Source: Lama guanicoe
Taxonomy: Eukaryota
DNA length: 64,000 nucleotides
Assembly: GCA_013239625.1 (NCBI GenBank)
Contig: MU053444.1
Location: 79,822 to 143,821, forward strand
Direction: 5' to 3'
Below the pieces are notes generated by a model. The model saw nothing but the letters and a program-made list of their open reading frames with translations. It did not search any database and was not told where the DNA came from. Numbering within the stretch: position 1 is the first letter of the stretch; every line of letters starts with the position of its first letter. The position numbers and the translations under genes were made by a program. Below are positions 26,498-38,040 of this stretch, piece by piece.

Positions 26498-26748
26498 CTG
26501 CAATGAACTGCTCATACTCAATGTCAGGGATGTTTCTGTTCAGACTTGGGAGGTCAAAGGAGTCGGACCAGGGAATCCAGACCTGGTTGATGTCGGGGCT
26601 CTGCCAGTGGTAGAGGTGGCCCCAAGGGGATAGCACCAGTACCGGCTCCTCCATCTTCAACAGGGTCTTCAGAAGGAAGGCAATGTGGATGCAGACTTTC
26701 CTACGGAGGCTGAAGTCCTCTGGAGGGTTGAAGTCACACAGAAGTTAC
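26498..26748 (-). pseudogene. POFUT2: POFUT2 pseudogene exon 2 (251 nt; protein O-fucosyltransferase 2 N-terminal region)
   Basis: Acceptor ctctgcttttctcccgccag|G and donor GCAG|gtgagg. Translation [82 protein letters not shown] matches recalled POFUT2 [83 protein letters not shown]. Tyr is replaced by TAA at 26745-26747, and the PPEGFNLRRD motif is altered. Confidence 0.95.
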
Positions 26749-27014
26749 CTGGCGGGAGAAAAGCAGAGTGGGTCTTCAGGGCCAGGCCTCTACACAGGAA
26801 TCCCGGCTTAGATAGAACAGACACAATGGGAATCCCTGCACAGCCCATGGCCTAGACTCCAGACACATTCAGCAGCTTCTGGTTTGTAAAGTGGAGGCAC
26901 TGCCCGCCCATTTCCATGTGGCCAATTACTTCAAGTCCGGGAGCAGTTGCAGAAGACATCTTGGCGTCCGTCTAACACCACTAAGCACCTGACTATCACC
27001 TGAGCACTCGTTCT

Positions 27015-27485
27015 CCAGGGGCTCTCAAACTTCTTGTTCTACAGAACCCTATACACTCTTAACAATTACTGAGAACCCCAAAAGGCTGCTATTTATGTGA
27101 GTTAAATCTATCAATATTTCCTGTGTTAGAAGTTGAATAAGAAGTTAGAAAAAGTGTATGAATTCACTTAAAAATATTAACAATCTACTGTATGTTACCA
27201 TTAATACTCTTACACAAAATATAATTCTATTTTTGAAAACAAAAATCATTAGTGAGAAGAATAGCAGTGATTTTAATTTCTGCAAATCTCTTTTGGACTG
27301 GTGAGAGATGAATTCTCCTATCTGCCTCTGCATTCCCTGTTTTGTGATATCACAGCCAGGTTTTCCCTGGAAAACCCCACAGGAACTCGGGAGAGCAAGA
27401 GTGTGCAAAAGACAGGTGACATCCCAGCGTTTCTATGAAAATGGTCTTGCACCTCAGGGGCCTTGGATACACTTTGATAACTGCT
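27015..27485. mobile_element. hAT-Charlie-type non-autonomous DNA transposon in POFUT2 intron 1
   Basis: Terminal inverted repeats CAGGGGCTCTCAAA ... TTTGATAACTGCTG around an AT-rich interior. Confidence 0.65.
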
Positions 27486-27899
27486 GCCCTATCCTAGGCG
27501 AGACTCTTCTACACTAGAGCCAGGCAAGGGTCCTGGATTCTGTAATGAATTACCACCACCACACCCCCTCCCTTCTCTGTGTGTTTCTCACAATCTGCAT
27601 TACTGCAGATGAGGATGTAATCCTCAGCCTGGGCCTCTAATCCCAGAAGACTGCTAACTTCAAGACAGAGGGTCCCATCTACCATCCCTACACCCCGCAT
27701 AGTTTATTTTGAGTCAAGCCCTAGATAACTGCTTATCGGCACTGACCCTTGTGTCTTATTCCTGAGGTTGACTGAAGGAACCAACATCTGGATGGAACTG
27801 AAATTTCCCTGCAGATAAACAAGGCTGGTAAACCACCTCATTCCAACATCTGATTCTGGGGCTCTTCAAAACCCGGGTAAGGCCCCGCTTCATCTAAGA

Positions 27900-28790
27900 T
27901 GGGTCCTCTGCCTGCCCTTCCCGGGGGGTTCTGGGAGGCCACGGCCACCAAGGGCGACCCAGACTCGTGGCACCAGCCCCAGGGCCTGAGGGGGAGGAAA
28001 GCTTGAGGCTGTGCCCAAACCCTGCCATGCCCCGCCCCAAAACGCTCCCTGGCACCACAGCCCTCCCCGGCCACCACCCCAACCCCGATCCCACCCCAGT
28101 TCATGTCCACCAGCCCCGCCGACGGCGCAGACGTACGTTTGCCATTTGTGGGACGCCGCCCCAGACAGGATGTCGGTCGCCGACTGACCAGGCCAGAACT
28201 AGTCGCCCGGCCAAGCAAGCCGCCATCCCCAGCAGCAAACACCGCCATGGTCCCAGGCAGCTACACACTTCCGGAGCCCGCTCCCCGCCCCAGAAGCGCA
28301 CGCCGGCCCGCGCGGAGCGCGACGCCTGTAACAATGGCAACGCCGCGGGGCCCTCACCTAGCGCTTGCGTCGTGCGTCCTCCCGAGTCTAGATGTGCAAG
28401 GGCAGAACTTGCGGAGCCAATGGGAGCCAGGGCGCGGCCAGGACGGGGGTAGGGGGAGGCTTATGGGGCAGCTGGGCGGGGCTGGGGAGGGCGGGGCCGC
28501 GCGGAAGTAGTGACCTGCAGTTTTCGCCGCCAGAGGCTGGGGCGGTGCTGCCATCAGTGGGCGGGGCAGAGAGGCAGCGGGGCAGCGGGGAAGCGCGGCG
28601 GGGGCACCCTCACTTGTCCGTGTGTGGGTATCAGCCTGGGCTCCGAGGCCTCCGCTTGCACCGGATGTGGACCCAGGCTACCGGTGGGCAAGATAGAGGA
28701 CTGAGCCCAGGCACGCACGTCTGGCCAGGTAGGGCACCTGAAATGCAGATCCGTCAGGCCCGCTGCAGGCCTTGAATACGCGCTGCTAGG
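27900..28790. promoter_or_regulatory. CpG island / duplicated POFUT2 promoter, possibly bidirectional
   Basis: CpG-dense, GC-rich sequence around exon 1; CCAAT at 28417-28421, several GGGCGG boxes (~28474, ~28489, ~28540, ~28559) and an ETS-type CGGAAGT at 28502-28508. Confidence 0.8.
28137..28248 (-). pseudogene. POFUT2: POFUT2 pseudogene exon 1 (signal-peptide exon), frameshifted, with in-frame stop
   Basis: Minus strand reads CCATGGCGGTG...; LLLG occurs in one frame and [19 protein letters not shown] in another, matching recalled POFUT2 MATLSFVFLLLG...[20 protein letters not shown]. The Glu codon is TAG (28199-28201). The donor is either a degenerate site near 28142 or AC|gtacgt at 28136; both are phase 2. 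Confidence 0.88.
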
Positions 28791-31189
28791 CAGTATCCAA
28801 GAAAATGGGATCTGTCTTAAGAGGGGAGGTAGGGCTGGGGTGCCAGATGCCAGGTTGGGTGCAGTCTCAGAGAAGAGACACGGTGAGAGGTCGCAGAGCG
28901 GCCCCTGTGTTGGCGGGGCTAAGAGTTTGGGGTATAGGGTGCCTTACTCTATGGTCTTCTCAACATCCCTCACTCCAGAGCAAGGGTCTCTGCTCCCCCC
29001 ACCCCTCACCGCACTCCCTGCCTTCACCAGCACCACCTGGGGTGTGATCATGTCGGGGCAGGGAAGGCCCAGGGAAGGGGCTCATTCAGGGGCAGGGGCC
29101 ACTCTGCAGGCATGCTGGACCTGACAGCGATGCGGTGCTTCGGAACTCCCCTGGGCTGGGTTTGTAACCAATGGGATGGAAGGGCCTCTCCTTCCTGGGG
29201 TGCAGTAGGGGGAACTAGATCCATCATGAATCTCAGCCCTGAAAATGGAGGCTGCGCCTCGTCCATTCCTGGAAAGAAAAATCAGGCCCCTCCAGCCCAG
29301 GTGACTCAGAAAGTCATTCAGCAATGTTCAGGGTGCCCAGTTTAGGCTTTGAATTACAGCTGAGCGGCTAAGGAGGCCAGATCCCTGTCCGTGGCTCCAG
29401 GAGTAGACTTTCTGCTGGGGGACATGATCCTCACAAACACCTGTGTCTTTGTGGGTCACTCCCCTCTGACAAGCTGGGAGGCAGGGTGCAGTTGTGGGAA
29501 ATCCTGTTTCCATGAGTAGAGGGCCACCAAGTGGTGGGGGCACAGGAGACAGTGAGAAAGAGTCCCGCAGCCTTTCTGGAATCAAAAAACTGGCAAATGT
29601 GAAAAAGTGCATAGTTTGTTTTATTGAACAGGCTGCTTATGTACCAGGGCCAGGTTCAAGGACTCTGCATCCCTCCAGGACAATAGCCTCAAGAGAAGGA
29701 CAGACAGAGCAGGAGGAGATGTGGGGTTTCTCCCAGGAATGTGGTAGAACAGGAATTTCTGCAGATTTACAAGGAGATCCCGACCACTGAACACAGGGTT
29801 ACAACACCACGTGACCCCTGTCGTGTTTGGCTTGGGCTCTGGGTCTGGCCTGATCATATATTCTACCTGCTGAGTTCCAGAAACTCAGAGGGTAGACTTA
29901 GAGAGGCTGTGTTTGGAACCCGGTGTGGAGACGGAGGGTCCTTTATACTGAGTCCCCTCAGCCTAATCACTGTAGCTGAGTTCCAACACCACCCAGGCCC
30001 CCAGGGTGGCCGTGGAGGGAGAGCAAGCCTGGCAGGTGAACCAGGGGTCCCACTGCTGTTCCCCTCCCTTATCTTTGTTCCCTTTCACCCCGGAAGGTGT
30101 GATTGGCTCATGTCATGGTGACAAGCAATCTCTCTTCTCTGTCAGGTGGGGTCCCCACCCCCGCTCAGCCTTCTCTCTGCATGGATGCTGAAGGACCAGG
30201 CTCACTTGAAGTTCTGAGCTTGAGCAGTAAGGTGGAACCAAAGAAACCAATGGAAACATAGAAACAAGTCATTGTGGCAAAGCTCCCCACCACAGAGAAG
30301 CTGCACTGACTGGAAGGGAGGGTGTGGGCATGCCCATTTGTTTCCTGTCTCCCAGTGCTCTTCGCTTTCTTATTGCAGACCTGCATGGTTACAACAAAAT
30401 GATCTGCAAAACTGAAAATATTTACTCTCTGGCTTTTACAGAAAAGGCTGACCAGCCTCTGGTTCCTGTACCGGTCAAGTGAGTGGAGTACCTTTCCAGT
30501 TTGGAAACATCTGGGCAGCCCCAGGTTTGCAAAATTCTTTAAGAGTAGTTATGGAGATTTGCTTCTAAACATTTTTACTGCTGTATAATTCTGAGCTGAG
30601 GTTGTGCTGTGTAATTCTGAGCCGGGATTTTCTCAAACTGTTTCTCATTTCTTATACCAGACACCCCTAAATTCCAAGGGGAATGGGATGTTAAGGAAGC
30701 CATGGAGTTTAGGGAAAAGATACAGATTTCATTTCCATTTAAGCATCGATGTATCTCCATCCTAGGCAGTATCAGTTCTGTGGTATTGATAGGGGAACTA
30801 AATAGCAACCAAATTTATAGAAAATAGTGGGTCATTGGGTACACAAGTTCTTCTTTTCAACATTTTTGAAATGCTTGCAAGATGACCATTCCTGAGAAAC
30901 AGGCAGCCTCTTAGAATGAACCATACTCAATTTTTATTTTGTAGACAGCAGGAAGGGCAATCACACATGCAACACTTGGGGACCTCAAAGATAAAATGTA
31001 ACTTTCTGAGAACACACTCCCCCCAACTCTGCCTGCTCTTTTCACTGTCCCATTGTCCCTGAAGGCTCTTTCGTATCTTCTGCTCATGACTCCAGTAACT
31101 CTTCCTCCTCGTTCCTCAGCTGGTAAGTTTACTTTTCTACTTTGACCAAGCAAACAAGCGCCAAGAAAAGAGAACTTTGACCAGCAACT

Positions 31190-33470
31190 CCCAGCACATC
31201 CGCTCGCATTCTGATGTCTGTGACCTCACTCTCGCTGCCCCACCTCTTATTACAGGTGACATTGTAAGCCAGATCATCCAAAAGTCACCAGGGTGGCCAC
31301 CCATCCAATCTTCTTCGGGCTGTCACTCCCACATGCATCCCCTCTGTCACTACTTCATCTATTTTGTTTTCCTGCTACTTGTCTCCTATCAGTATATAAA
31401 AGTCCATCCTCTTAAAAGAAACAAACAGCACTCCTTGACCCTAATTCACTCCCCCAGTTGCCACCCCATGTCTTTGCAGCAAATCTTTAATGAGTAGTTT
31501 AAACTCACTGTCTGCATATTCTCTTGAGCCATCCCCTTTTGCACCCACTCTGGCTTTTCCCCTGGTCCCTCACTCTATGGAAACTGCTCTGTCAATGCCA
31601 TCAGTGACCCCACGTTGCTAAATATAGAGGTCAGTTTTTAGTCTTCATCATGCGTGGCCCTTTGGCATCATTTGACCCAGCTCTTCCATCCCCCCTCCCC
31701 TGTGTTCCTGCTTTACTTAGCCTCCAGCCCATCACTCTGCTTTCGATCCACTGGCTGGTCTTTTGCCAACGTCTCCTCTTTTTTCCAAACATTTACTGAG
31801 AATGTGCCCCAGAATTGGGTCCTGGGTCTCTCCACTATCTCTCTGCTATACCTTTGGTGGAAGCAACCAGACTTGGAACCTGACATGACATCAATTTCTC
31901 TATTTGTCCAAAACTCCTTGATTGGTCCTTTCCATTTGGAACTCTCTCCCTGATACTCATATTCTTTTTCTTTCACTCATCTTGCTTTCACATTCATACA
32001 TATGTTCTACTGTGTAAATTACTTTCCCAAAATTTGAATCAGTCCATACGTATCATGTAAAATGCTCAGATCTCTATTATTTCCACTAAGATACTTATTC
32101 TAACTTAGAACCTTTCTGCATTTCTGTATTTATGTCAATAAAGTGAATAGTATTTCTACAAGCCTCATAGTTAAACACTGTGTTTGTTTGGGGCTATTAT
32201 GTAACATGAAATAATGATACCTCAACATAGTCCGTTTTCATTTAATTTTATGTAACACCAAGATGAGGTTTTTGCACTGAAGACTGGTTTTATTGAAATT
32301 TTACCTACATTATGGACAGTCAGTTTACGTGAAATCCCTCATTTCTCCCCTTTTCTGATATATTTTCCATTTGGCTATTATAACATATACCTTGGCATGA
32401 AATAAAATTCCAAATTCATTCACATAATAAAATTAATACATTTAAATTATATTTTTAATGTTAGAAAGAAAAAACCCCAAGACTCCTCTACCTATTAGGC
32501 ATTTCTGTGGCAATATCTAATAGACTCCTTAACCATGACATTGAAGAACTGAGCTGATTCCAGCCCCTTTCCATCTGCTCAGCCCCATCTTGTCCCATCC
32601 ACTGTGGATGGAGAGGACATCCATCCCATTTCCCAGGTCCAGAAGTTGGAAGCGTGTTCTACCTCTCTCTTTCTCTTGCACACACACACACACAGCAAAT
32701 CCAGCTTGTTAGAAAATTCTGGCTACTCTGTCTTCATTAACCACCTACTCCCTGTTCCCCACCCTCCAAGGAGCCACCTTCAGCCACTTCTTGGACACCA
32801 AATAGCATCCTTCTTCCATCTTTGCTTTTCTACAATCTCATCCACACAGAGTCAGAGGGAGCCTATAAAAGCATACATTAAGGGGGTGGGTGTAGCTCAG
32901 TGATACAGCGCATGCTTAGCATGCATGAGATCCTGGGTTCAAACCACAGCACCTTCACTAAAATAAATAAATTACCCTGCCCCCCCAAAAAAACCAAAAC
33001 AAAAGCATAAATTGGACATCACCCATCCCATCAAAACTCACTAAAAGGGTCACCATTTCATTAGGGGCCAAAGTCGTCCCAAAGTCTTCCAGGACCCAGC
33101 GTGCTCTGCCTCTCCGCCCACACTCTCCCCATCACTCTTCGGGCCTCTGGCTCCGACTCTTCCTTCTTCCTCCGGATCTATGCTGCTTCAAGTTCATTAA
33201 TCCGTGAGATCTGCCAGGATTGCCTTATTCCCTCCTGCCTGCCTCGCACCCCACCACCATCACCTGAGTTTGCTCATATCACTCTTATTTTTCCCCAAGC
33301 TCTTGCTACCCCCAACATGCTGCCTGTTTCCTCTGCTAAAACTCTGAGCCCCCAGTGATGGGGAGTCGTGTCTATTTTGCTGACAAATAAAGCCCAAGAC
33401 CCTTGGGAATGGGTATAGTTACTAGATTCCCATATGTTGTAGGAGCTTATACAGATTTACTGAATGAATG
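31190..33470 (+). mobile_element. Fragmented LINE-2 with younger insertions
   Basis: Pyrimidine-rich L2-like tracts (GAAACTGCTCTGTCAA, CAGTGACCCCACGTTGCTAAAT) ending TACAGATTTACTGAATGAATG at ~33470. Confidence 0.55.
32881..33000 (+). mobile_element. tRNA-derived SINE (camelid Vic-1-like) with target-site duplication
   Basis: GGGTGTAGCTCAGTGATACAGCGCATGCTTAGCATGCATGAGATCCTGGGTTCAAACC (A and B boxes) with an A-rich tail; flanked by AAAAGCATACATT (~32867) and AAAAGCATAAATT (33001). Confidence 0.88.
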
Positions 33471-36400
33471 CAGAGGTCCTGGTCCAATCCAATGGAGCAC
33501 TTCTGTGTCCTGCTCAAAGAATAACTCTCCTTTCCTCCTGAGAGGGGGTGACCACTTCCTTGGTGATCAAAGGCAAGATCTATTTTCTTTATGCTGTTAA
33601 ACATAGGCGGGGAGACTGGGGGATACTCATTTATATTTTAAAATTTGATTCACTCTGCAGTTTGTCTTCTGCCTGTGTATCCTTTTGAGAAACCGTTTAT
33701 GAGTGATCATTATTCCATCTGATTGAACAGGATCCAGGGGGAAGTACCAAGCCTGTCCCATCGGCCATTCTGTGTGTCATGTCCTGTGACCCAATGGATG
33801 CTCAGCACGTAAGTGAACCGACAGGAGTGAATGAAGAGATGGGAGCATCTCATTATTGTCGTGGCTGCACTCTGTCCGATGCCTTGAGATTTGGGGGTTT
33901 ACAAGTGTGGAGGGGAGAGGCCAGGTCCTCTGTGCTCTTCCTGAGTGCCCTGGTCTTGCCCATTCCCCCAGCCCGCTCTGGGCAGCCAAGCCGAGGAGCT
34001 GGGCCATCGGCGATTGTGCTGATCAGTAATCCACCTCACCCAAAGTCCGGGGGTAGGAGCGGCCAGCACAACTGTTTGTAGACTCTGGAGTCTGGTCCTT
34101 GAAGGAATTCCTCACAGAACGATGTTTGGGACCTTTTATTCTTCTCTATAGCCTCCAGCTGAAGAAACAGATTGTCTTAGATACATGAAAGATGAGGACA
34201 CCTACTATCCCCATGGAGCCCAGGTGGGGCTGGGAGTCTGCTGTTTGTACAGCCGGTGGGCTTGTGTTTCTTTGCGCATCCCTGTGCCTTAATTCCTGCA
34301 GTACACTCGGTGGTAAGAACGGGGGTGCCTGGCAGGGAGGGAAGTGGGTCGGAAGACTACACAGCTGGGGAGACGTTAACCTGTGGTGAGCGGGAGCTGG
34401 CTGATGCATGGAATCTTGGTGCAGGGAACTCTCCACACTCAGAGAGGTTCCCACTCCCGCAGGGTCCCTTTGATCAGGGTGCTGGGCTATCAGCAAAGCA
34501 GGGTCCCTGTGAGGATCATGGTGCCTTCAGGCAGTGGGAAGTGAGGGGTCCAGTGGCACTTAAATTAACTGTGCACCAGAAGCCAACCCCCGTCTCTTTC
34601 AGCCTATTTCCTAATCTGTAAAACTGGAATGATGTTAACCATCCCGCAGGTTCGTTGATGGGCTGGGACACACTAGACATCCAGGAACTGGAATTCCTCT
34701 GTCCCCTAATTGTTATCCTTCCTTCCCACTATTTGCTCTCACAAGTTCAGTCTCTCTGTCTCTCTCTCATTCACTTGTAACTTTCTCTCCTGCTCTGGTT
34801 TCATTTGATTCCCACCCTCCTCCCAATCCCCAGATGAGTGAAATTAATTTCTGTGTGTCAGTTCCAAATTCCCGGGAAAGATGCTCTGTCCCCTCTGGAT
34901 TGGTTGTCCAACCCATCAGTTGCAGCCAGAGGAGTGAGTCCCTCTGTGACCAGTGGAGGGGCTCTGCCCAGCCCACCAGCCAGCACTGTGGGAGCACATA
35001 GCTCTCCGAGGAGGAGGTACTGGCTGTGACTTGGTGTCACTAAGTGTGAATTTATGTCTCATCTTGCCCCACCTTCATCCTCCTTAACAAAGATGAAAAT
35101 TAAACACTCCCAATATTTGTGTCATGGAACACTCAGGATGGGGGCTAAGAGGGCTGGATTCCCTGCTGAGTGTAAGGGGCTACATTGATTCCCCAACTTG
35201 AGCCTGTAAAGGGAACAGCACTGGCCCCACCAGACACTTAGGGCGCTGAGTCTGCATGACGTTGAGCCAGGCTTCTGACCACAGCTCAGGGGTCTGGTCC
35301 GACTGGTTAGTCTTTGAAACCAACTAGATTTGGATTCCTCAATCTCTCCTTGAGGTTTTACCTGAACCACCAGCTTCTGTATCTCTGAAGACAGATGATA
35401 AGGACCCTTCAAGTAAGGCATTTGCACAGCCCTGTGCGGGAATTTGTGCTGCACGGTCTGCCCGGTGAGCTGACCGAGGTTGGTATTTTACTGATCTTAG
35501 AAATAGTGTGGTTTCCTGATGCACTATTTCACTGAACAAGCAACAGAAGCCACCTCTGGCTGATAAAGGCAAAAAAAGGGACTTTATGAAAAGATACTGG
35601 GAGGGTGCATGGAGTGGCCCGGACCAGAGCCGACCCAGGGGCCATAGGAGATGTTGGGGAGCCCCAGGCACCAGGCTGGGCAGGGTGCTACTGGGCCCCC
35701 TGCTGCGCCAGCAGGGACCCCCCTCCTCCTGACACTCCACCTCACTGCAGGTTCATGTCCCTGCAGGGCCAGGTCACACTGAAGCCACCGGCACACACCT
35801 CAATGGGGGAGTTGGCCACGTCTCAGCTGAGGGCATGCCCGGTGTAGGGAGAGGCCCTGTTAGAGGAAGGCGGGTCCCCTACTTTTCCGAGTTAACATGC
35901 AAGTCAGTGCCTATCACTCAGGAGAACCAGGCTGGTTGGACCTCATTGTCTTGACTAGGCCGTCTGACTTCACTTATTACTTTTTATGTTGGAAGGCCCT
36001 GGAGGGAGCAAAAGTGGAGGTTCTCGTACTTATTTTATATTTCCCATGTACCAGGTATGGTAAGCAAGCCACTTGAGACAAGGCCCAGAACAACCACGTT
36101 AATAGGTCATGGAGCAAGTCATTCAGTCAGGCCTCTGTAGCCCCGAAACCCGTGTCCTCATCAGCTCCGTAGTTAACAGTGGAAGTTGTAGGGATTTATG
36201 GGACTGTGTGCTCCTGTGGGGTCTGGGATGTGTGTGTTTAAATCCACATCTTCAGAAACGGCTAGAACCACAGCCACTGATTGTCTGCATGGAGGCAGAG
36301 GAGGGGTGGCTTCCAGCCTCTGGTCCAGCTTGTGGGGAGCTCAGAAGTTGCTCCTTATGTCGTGAAAATAATACCAGAGCTGATGGAGCTGAAAACCCAC

Positions 36401-37854
36401 TGATCTTCTTAGATCCACAAGAAAACTGAGGGGGAAACTACTCCCAACACAGAGAGGCAGCCAGGCAGGCTTGGAGAGTAACAGCTCCCAGGGAAGGACC
36501 CGCTTTTGTAAGAACCCCGGGGTCAGGCAGATTTAACAGGTCCCTAAGGCCAGCTGGTGGCTCAGCGTAGGAAAGTCTGAGTGTGACAACTCCAGGGGGC
36601 CAGTCAGAAGGGCCCCCTGCTCTTTTTCATGCATTTTACCTCCAGGACCGTACCCTGTTCTCAGAGTGAAGATCATAGGAAAACTCCTCATGTTTTCTGC
36701 CAGGAAAGGAAAAAGTAGCTCTATAGAAATACACCCAGAATATTCTCTTCCATTGTGGGGGGTTGTGTTTTTTTTTTTATGAGAAATTATTTTACCAGAG
36801 CCTAACCTACCTGCGGGAAGGGAAATACCTTCTGTGTCACCAAAATTGGGGTGGGGGGAAAGAGACACACTTGTGGAGGTCACAGCTCAGGGAACAGGCT
36901 CAATGAGAACTAATCACAGGACTACAGATGCCCTAATCTGTCCCGCTCCCCCATCTCCTTACCTCCATTTCAGTAGGGCCCCTGTGTAATGACAGGAATA
37001 AAATTAAAAGAAGTAAATGTCTCAAAATTGTCTAGGGAAAACCCAAAGACAGCGGGGAGATGAAAACAAGGATACACAGGCGGATTTAGCCTCTCGCACG
37101 AATAGCTGTAGCAAACTACACACAGCCCAGCCCCAGTAGATAAACAGAAAACCTCACAGAAGAAACTATTTATTTTGGTTCTCTTACCCAGTGCATTCCA
37201 TGGTGCATCCTCGCCTAGAATTGAGTGGAAGCAAGTCCATCTCTGAAGGGACATAACTGAAGAGGAATGGCTTTCCAGACTCTGATGGGCAGAGAAAGCA
37301 CCAGCCTGGGTTAGAGAAAGGTGAAGGGTGGGATATGGGGTGGGCTGCCTTCTTCCACAAATAAGGAACCTTCCTGAGGCCAGCACAGTGGGAGGGAGGG
37401 CCATGGGGTGGAAGCACCCAGACTTCTTCCTGAGAAGAGATAGGATGCCTCCAAAGGACCATTCAGGTGCCCAAACTGGGTCCTGACGGTGGGAGCCAGT
37501 CGACCTGCCTCAGAGTCCAGGACTGAGGTGGGCGCACAGCAGGCCAGTCTTACTTGTCCGGATCCATTTCAATTCTCCAAAGCCCTGTGTAAAACACGAT
37601 GTGTGGACGGCCTGGTGAGCCCAGCTCTGCCCTCAAGATCGGTTTCAACTCCTCTCTTCCCAGAGAACAGCATCTCTGAGCCCGTCCTGGGTGACCTCAC
37701 AGAGATCACCCTAGTGGCCCAGGCTAGTGAACGGGAACATGTACCTTCCTGCAGCCAACCCCAGACGTCCACTGATGCATCATATACTGGCAAAGATGTG
37801 AGTCCCTTTGCATTGGTCTAACAGCAGAGACTCTGCCACAGGCCCAAGAGGTGG

Positions 37855-38040
37855 TGTGTGGGACATGCAGGGGTGCAGGAGTGTACGCAGTGCGAAGGTG
37901 TAAGTGGTGGCAGGGGTGCAGGGGCTTTGGGCGTGCAGGCAGTTCAGAGGATGCGGGGGTGCAGGCAGTGCAGAAGTGCAGAGAGTGGCAGAGGTGTAGA
38001 GGTACAGGGAGTGTAGGGGTGCAGGGAGGTGCTCAGGCAA
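37855..38040 (+). repeat. Degenerate (GCAGGGGT)n / CAGGG-like G-rich simple repeat
   Basis: Repeated tgcaggggtgca, gtgcagaa and gtgtaggggtgcaggg units of ~8-9 nt directly 5' of the satellite. Confidence 0.7.

Noticed and set aside
26478..26660. Functional 60-aa POFUT2 peptide
   Set aside because: It is an internal part of pseudogene exon 2 running into intron, downstream of two stops.
32881..32960. tRNA-Ala gene
   Set aside because: It has an A-rich tail, a target-site duplication, mismatched stems and sibling copies, so it is a SINE.
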